Shown here piece after piece: positions 37,671 through 42,518 of a DNA stretch of 42,518 nucleotides. The stretch spans positions 1-42,518 of the forward strand of contig CAYOZY010000001.1 of the NCBI GenBank assembly GCA_964408525.1. Direction: 5' to 3'. A program made the translations under genes and the position numbers. Position 1 is the first letter of the stretch. Each line of letters opens with the position of its first letter. Under the pieces are notes generated by a model. It was not told where the DNA came from. It did not search any database and was given only the letters and a program-made list of their open reading frames with translations. The stretch is from an uncultured Sphingobium sp. (GTDB taxonomy: Bacteria > Pseudomonadota > Alphaproteobacteria > Sphingomonadales > Sphingomonadaceae).

Positions 37671-38603
37671 TTACACCACTTCCGTCTCGATATGTCCGGC
37701 AATGTCCGGATCGGCCTTTGCCGCGATCAGGCATGCGGCGACGATCAGCGCCACGCCCGCAAGAACTTCGAGTGTCAGCGCCTCGCTGAACATCAGCCAG
37801 CCCACCAGCGTTGCCCAGATGAAGGCGCTATATTCGATGGGGATCAGTCGGCTCGCGGGGGCGCGGGCATAGGCGGCGGCGAGCAGGAATTGCGATCCGC
37901 AGGTCAACAGGGCGGAACCGGCGACGGCCCACCAGAAGGAGTCGGGGATGCTGCTCGCCGTCAGAAGCCACGGGGCAAGGGGCGTGAACACGGCCAACAC
38001 CACGATGTTCTGGAAGAAGGTGACTTCGACAGCGCTCGCGACCCGCGCCTGCCGGCTCTGGAGAATGAGGTTGATGGCGAACAGCACGGCGGAAACGAGA
38101 ACGCCAAGCGCCCCGGCAAGGGCGCGCCCGTCATAATCGCCCGTCAGCCGTCCGGAAAGGATCACGCCGACACCGACAAGGCCCAGCACGCCCGCCGCCA
38201 TGGAATATTTGCTGACCCGTTCCCCCAGCATCAGGACGGAAAGCGCAAGGGCGATGATCGGCGCGATGAAGGAAAGGGCGATTGCTTCGGCCAGCGGCAG
38301 GCGCGTCAACGACCAGAAGAACAGCCAGACCATCACTGCGATGATTACGCCGCGCAGCACATGGAGGCGCATGACGCCAGCAGGCGGCCAGCGATTGCGG
38401 GTGACCCCCATCGCGGCCCCCGACAGGAGGCTCGCCAGGATGCTGCGCCAGAAAATCGCGCTGTAAACGCCGACGGCAAGCGAGGCGTGTTTCATCAAGC
38501 CGTCCATGATCGAGAACAGCGCAACGCCGCCAGCGCACATCAGGACAGGCCCCCATATGGCCGCTTGTCCCTGTGCCGCTGTTCGGGCCAGTCGGTCGGT
38601 CAT
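37671..38603 (-). CDS. DMT/EamA family transporter
   Basis: About 10 TM segments with LPLAEAIALSFIAP, LGERVS and LMFSE patterns. Confidence 0.88.
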   Translation of the reverse strand: MTDRLARTAAQGQAAIWGPVLMCAGGVALFSIMDGLMKHASLAVGVYSAIFWRSILASLLSGAAMGVTRNRWPPAGVMRLHVLRGVIIAVMVWLFFWSLTRLPLAEAIALSFIAPIIALALSVLMLGERVSKYSMAAGVLGLVGVGVILSGRLTGDYDGRALAGALGVLVSAVLFAINLILQSRQARVASAVEVTFFQNIVVLAVFTPLAPWLLTASSIPDSFWWAVAGSALLTCGSQFLLAAAYARAPASRLIPIEYSAFIWATLVGWLMFSEALTLEVLAGVALIVAACLIAAKADPDIAGHIETEVV

Positions 38604-39403
38604 TGCGCCATGATCCGTTCGATCAGCTCGATGTCCTCCGGCTTGTCGGCATCGATGCAGGCGCGCGCTATGGGCAGCGGCACGATGCGCGCCGTTACGC
38701 CCAGCCTCCGCCCCGCGCGCGCTATCGCCTGATGGATGGTGAGCAGCCGAAGCACCGCGCCAAGCAGCAAGGGCAGACCGAAGGCGGCGACGATCTTGCG
38801 GCCTTTCTTCCTGTCCTGCTCTATCTCACGCCATTTTTCGAGTGCGCGCGCGGCATTGGCATTGCCCAGCCAGAAGAGATTGGCGCCGGACCATGCGCCG
38901 CCACGAAACTTCAGCCATGTGCGCCGCGAGGAGGGAAATTCGCGCATCAGCGTGGCGCGTTCGACCATGGCTGCGGCGATCTCGGCATCGCCCGTTTCGA
39001 CCGCGGCGAAAAAGGCGTCGATAATTTCCCGATCGAGCAGAACGTTGTCGGCGGTAGTGACCAGCGCGGGAAGCTGCGCGCGCTCGCCCGCAATCCAGTC
39101 GAGCAGGGATTGGCTGATGCCCGCGCCGCTTTCGACCAGCGCCACCCGTTCGTGATCGCGCAGCCAGGCGGTCTGCGGACGCTCTGCCAGCGCGGCGGGT
39201 TGCTGCGCCATCAGGATCACGGTGCCAATGCGCGGATGATCGAGCAGCGCGCGCGCGACATGATCAATCATCGGGCGTCCACCTATGGGCACCAGCGCCT
39301 TGGTTGCAACCCCGGCGTGATCGGCCAGCGCGTCCCCGCCCGGCCGGCTTCCGGCGAGGATGATCGCGGTGATCGGGCTATGGCGGGCGGCTTCCTGCTT
39401 CAT
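38600..39403 (-). CDS. MobA-like NTP transferase family protein
   Basis: AIILAGSR...KALVPIGGRPMI, TTADNVLL, IDADKPED; ATG at 39403. Confidence 0.85.
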   Translation of the reverse strand: MKQEAARHSPITAIILAGSRPGGDALADHAGVATKALVPIGGRPMIDHVARALLDHPRIGTVILMAQQPAALAERPQTAWLRDHERVALVESGAGISQSLLDWIAGERAQLPALVTTADNVLLDREIIDAFFAAVETGDAEIAAAMVERATLMREFPSSRRTWLKFRGGAWSGANLFWLGNANAARALEKWREIEQDRKKGRKIVAAFGLPLLLGAVLRLLTIHQAIARAGRRLGVTARIVPLPIARACIDADKPEDIELIERIMAQ

Positions 39404-39499
39404 CCCGGCTGCATAACGGGGAAAGGGCCGGCGCGCACGGTTCTTTTTCGGGCGCACTGCGCGGTTGAAAATCGGCGCGACTGAGGGTAGGCGCGAGGC

Positions 39500-39787
39500 A
39501 TGACCGATACACCTGAAACATCGTCCCAGCCCAAGGCGGCCGCGGACACACCGCCGGATCGCCTGTCTACCAGCCCGCGCAGCCCGTTTTTCGACATGGA
39601 AACGCTCCAGCGCGGCATAGGCATTCGCTTCAAGGACCGGGTGCGCACCGATGTCGAGGAATATTCGATTTCCGAAGGCTGGATCCGCGTGGCGGCGGGC
39701 AAGACGCGCGATCGCCATGGCCAGCCGTTGACGATCAGGCTCAACGGCCCGGTCGAGGCATGGTTCGAGGACATCAAGGCGGACTGA
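39500..39787 (+). CDS. Small conserved protein (DUF3297-like)
   Basis: PPDRLS...GIRFKD...DVEEYSISEGWIRV...GPVEAWF pattern. Confidence 0.75.
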   Translation: MTDTPETSSQPKAAADTPPDRLSTSPRSPFFDMETLQRGIGIRFKDRVRTDVEEYSISEGWIRVAAGKTRDRHGQPLTIRLNGPVEAWFEDIKAD

Positions 39788-39790
39788 CGA

Positions 39791-40861
39791 TCAGGCGGAC
39801 GCGGTGATGCGGCCCTCGGTAATGTGGAGGCGCGTGGCGCGATCGATGCCGTCAAACAGCGATGGCTCGGTGCCCGTCATCCACACCTGACTTCCAGTGC
39901 GCGCCAGCCGCTCGAACAGTGCCGTCCGGCGCGCAGAATCGAGATGCGCCGCGACTTCATCGAGCAGTAACAGCGGTGCCCGTTCGCGCGCCCGCGCGAC
40001 CAGCGCCGCATGGGCGAGCAGGATCGAGAGCAGCAGCGCCTTCTGTTCGCCGGTCGAGCATAGCGCGGCGGCCTGATCTTTCGCGACATGGGTAACGAGC
40101 AGGTCGCTGCGATGCGGGCCGGAAAGCGTGCGCCCTGCAGCAGCGTCGCGGCGGCGGCCTTCTCCCAGTGCCTCCGCCAAAGACCGCTCGGCGCCGTCCC
40201 ATAGCGAGAGCGCGAGCGCGGGCCGGGCGAACAGGCTCTCCGGTTCCTCCGCCAGAGCCTCGCCAAGCTGCACTACCAGCGCGCTGCGCGCCGCATGAAT
40301 GGCCGCCCCATGTTCGGTCATCTGCGCTTCGAGCGCGCTGAGCCAATGCTCGTCCCACCCGCGCGCAGCATCGGCGAGCAGCTTGTTGCGCGCGCGCATC
40401 GCCGCCTCATAGCGCGTCGAATGAACCGCATGAGCAGGATCGAGCGCTAGAGTCAGCCGGTCGAGAAAGCGGCGCCGGTCGCCCGCGCTGCCGGTGAACA
40501 GCCGGTCCATGGCGGGCGTGAGCCAGATCAGCGGCAGATGTTCCGCAAGCGCGCTGGCCGCGCTAGCTAGCCCGCCGATGCGCACCTGCCGCCGGTCCGG
40601 CGCTTCCGGGCTGGTGCCGGTGCCGATGGTGACGCCATCGACCTGCGCGGCGACGCCGAAGCTGCCGCGCCCGCCTTGCCGCGCCATCTGAGCCAGCGCC
40701 GCGCCGCGCAGCCCACGTCCCGGCGAAAGCAATGAAATCGCTTCCAATATGTTCGTCTTGCCCGCGCCATTTTCTCCGGTGAGTAGCACGAAATTCGCGC
40801 GAGGGACGATGAGCGCATCCTCATGGTTGCGAAAATCGCTCAGGGTGAGGCGGCTCAGCAT
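39791..40861 (-). CDS. recF: DNA replication/repair protein RecF
   Basis: [41 protein letters not shown]. Confidence 0.95.
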   Translation of the reverse strand: MLSRLTLSDFRNHEDALIVPRANFVLLTGENGAGKTNILEAISLLSPGRGLRGAALAQMARQGGRGSFGVAAQVDGVTIGTGTSPEAPDRRQVRIGGLASAASALAEHLPLIWLTPAMDRLFTGSAGDRRRFLDRLTLALDPAHAVHSTRYEAAMRARNKLLADAARGWDEHWLSALEAQMTEHGAAIHAARSALVVQLGEALAEEPESLFARPALALSLWDGAERSLAEALGEGRRRDAAAGRTLSGPHRSDLLVTHVAKDQAAALCSTGEQKALLLSILLAHAALVARARERAPLLLLDEVAAHLDSARRTALFERLARTGSQVWMTGTEPSLFDGIDRATRLHITEGRITASA

Positions 40862-40881
40862 GCTGTGGTGGCGTGGTCCGG

Positions 40882-41874
40882 CTACCAGCTTCCAAAGCCG
40901 GGTGCTTCACCATTGGCGTCCGCTCGCCAGCGGCGGGGCCGTTTCCAGCCGATGGCCGGACGCTTGCGGAAGCGTAAGGTCGGCCAATGGCCGCCTTCAA
41001 GCCCCTGCGCCTCGATCCGGTCGACCAGCCGCATGCCCTGCGCGCGATAGGCGGTGATGATGCGCTCGGCCTGCGCATCGAGCAATCCGGCGAGGATGAG
41101 CGTGCCGCCTTCCGTCAGCACCGCGCAGATGGACGGCGCCAGCTCGATCAGTGGCCCGGCGAGGATATTGGCGATGACGAGATCATAGGGCGCTCGCGCC
41201 TGCAACACGGGATGATCGACTCCGGCCGCGACATGGCACGAGAGACACCCCTGGCCCGCACCGGACCTGACGGCGTTCAGCGCGCCATTCTGGAGCGTTA
41301 CCTCAACCGCCGCCGGGTCTATGTCCGAAGCCGTCGCGCGGGCGCGCGGCCATAGGTGCAGCGCAGCAAAGGCGAGCAGGCCGGTGCCCGTGCCGACGTC
41401 GATGATATTGCCGAAGCGCTCGCCCAGCGTCCGGCAGCGGTCGAGCATATGAAGGCAACCCGCCGTGGTTTCATGCTGGCCCGTGCCAAACGCTCTTCCG
41501 GCGGGGATCAGCAGCGGCACCAGTCCGGGCGGTGCCGGATCATCGGCATGATTGCGCACATGAAAGCGCCCCGCAATGACTGGCTCAAGCCCTTGTTGGC
41601 TGAGTGTCACCCAATCTTCGTCCGGCAAGGCTTCGAGCGCCGGTTTCCGCTTTGCGCTGCTGGGAACCAGCGCAGCGACAAGCGCGATCACGGCTTTGGA
41701 GGGCTTGGTTTCGAAATAGGCTTCAAGCTGCCAGCTACCGGGATTGTCCTCTTCCAGCTCGCGCGTCATCAGCGCGGGAGGAGGCTCCAGCTCGGCCAGC
41801 GCGCCCATGTCGTCGGACAATGCCTCTGCCTCCGCGCGGGTGCAGGGAAGCGTCAGTTTCCAGCCTTGCGTCAT
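40882..41874 (-). CDS. prmA: Ribosomal protein L11 methyltransferase
   Basis: [34 protein letters not shown]; ATG at 41874. Confidence 0.92.
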   Translation of the reverse strand: MTQGWKLTLPCTRAEAEALSDDMGALAELEPPPALMTRELEEDNPGSWQLEAYFETKPSKAVIALVAALVPSSAKRKPALEALPDEDWVTLSQQGLEPVIAGRFHVRNHADDPAPPGLVPLLIPAGRAFGTGQHETTAGCLHMLDRCRTLGERFGNIIDVGTGTGLLAFAALHLWPRARATASDIDPAAVEVTLQNGALNAVRSGAGQGCLSCHVAAGVDHPVLQARAPYDLVIANILAGPLIELAPSICAVLTEGGTLILAGLLDAQAERIITAYRAQGMRLVDRIEAQGLEGGHWPTLRFRKRPAIGWKRPRRWRADANGEAPGFGSW

Positions 41875-42098
41875 GGAATTCGCATCCCATGCGCCATGCC
41901 CGTCGTCAAGCCAATAGCTTCTGGCGAGAGCGTGGCCGCAGCGCCATGAGGCACCGTTTACGCGCGACGAATCGTGACGCAGTGCAACAATAGCCATGGA
42001 CGCATCTGCGCCGGGGGGCTATATTTACCGCCGGTGGGCGAATGGGAATCCGATTCCTCTGTCCATTTCGAACAGGAACTCCGGACCCGATTGACTGC

Positions 42099-42518
42099 AT
42101 GACGCCACCTCTACCTTATCGTCCCTGTGTCGGCATGATGATCGTGAACATGGAGGGGCTCGTCTTTGTAGGCCAGCGGCTCGACAGCAAGGTCGAGGCC
42201 TGGCAGATGCCCCAGGGCGGTATCGACAAGGGCGAAAATCCACGCGATTCGGCCTATCGCGAGCTGGCCGAGGAAACGGGCATCGCGCCCGATCTCGTCA
42301 AGATCATCGCCCAGAGCAAGGAAGAGCATTTCTACGACCTGCCCGACGAACTGGTGGGAGAGATCTGGGGCGGGAAATATCGCGGGCAGAAGCAGACCTG
42401 GTTCCTGATGCGCTTTCTGGGTGAGGACGCGCATGTGAACATCGAAACGCCGCATCAGGAGTTTCGCGACTGGCGCTGGGTCAAGCCGACGGAGCTTCCC
42501 GACCTGATCGTGCCGTTC
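42099..42518 (+). CDS. rppH: RNA pyrophosphohydrolase RppH (Nudix), runs off window end
   Basis: Manual translation: MTPPLPYRPCVGMM...WQMPQGGIDKGENPRDSAYRELAEETG...YRGQKQTWF. Confidence 0.92.
   Translation, partial: MTPPLPYRPCVGMMIVNMEGLVFVGQRLDSKVEAWQMPQGGIDKGENPRDSAYRELAEETGIAPDLVKIIAQSKEEHFYDLPDELVGEIWGGKYRGQKQTWFLMRFLGEDAHVNIETPHQEFRDWRWVKPTELPDLIVPF

Overview
GC-rich alphaproteobacterial chromosome segment; gene content and order look sphingomonad-like (inference). Most of the window is housekeeping: trmD-rimM-rpsP-ffh, dapF-mtaB-ftsY-ispZ, sodB, a sigma54/PspF phage-shock locus, sufE, the RNase P RNA gene rnpB, an amidase, a CtrA-boxed cheAWYBR cluster beside chpT, rluD-rpoH, the riboflavin genes, lolA-xth-ribA, ftsK, recF, prmA and rppH. 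The standout is a ~2.2 kb island just downstream of rnpB (15428-17656). It holds a RAYT-type HUH tyrosine transposase and four copies of a non-palindromic 22-bp motif (TTTAGTAAACTGTCACCGTAAT) in alternating orientation. The motifs delimit two cassettes, each with an apparent truncated gene tail, an intact lipoprotein gene (the two are distant homologues with different base composition) and a shared ~70-nt structured element. This looks like a cassette capture or shuffling system run by an HUH transposase. Also notable are an HTH-fused RibB with an operator-like palindrome upstream and two candidate intergenic sRNAs. All calls are by-eye motif recognition; no searches were run.
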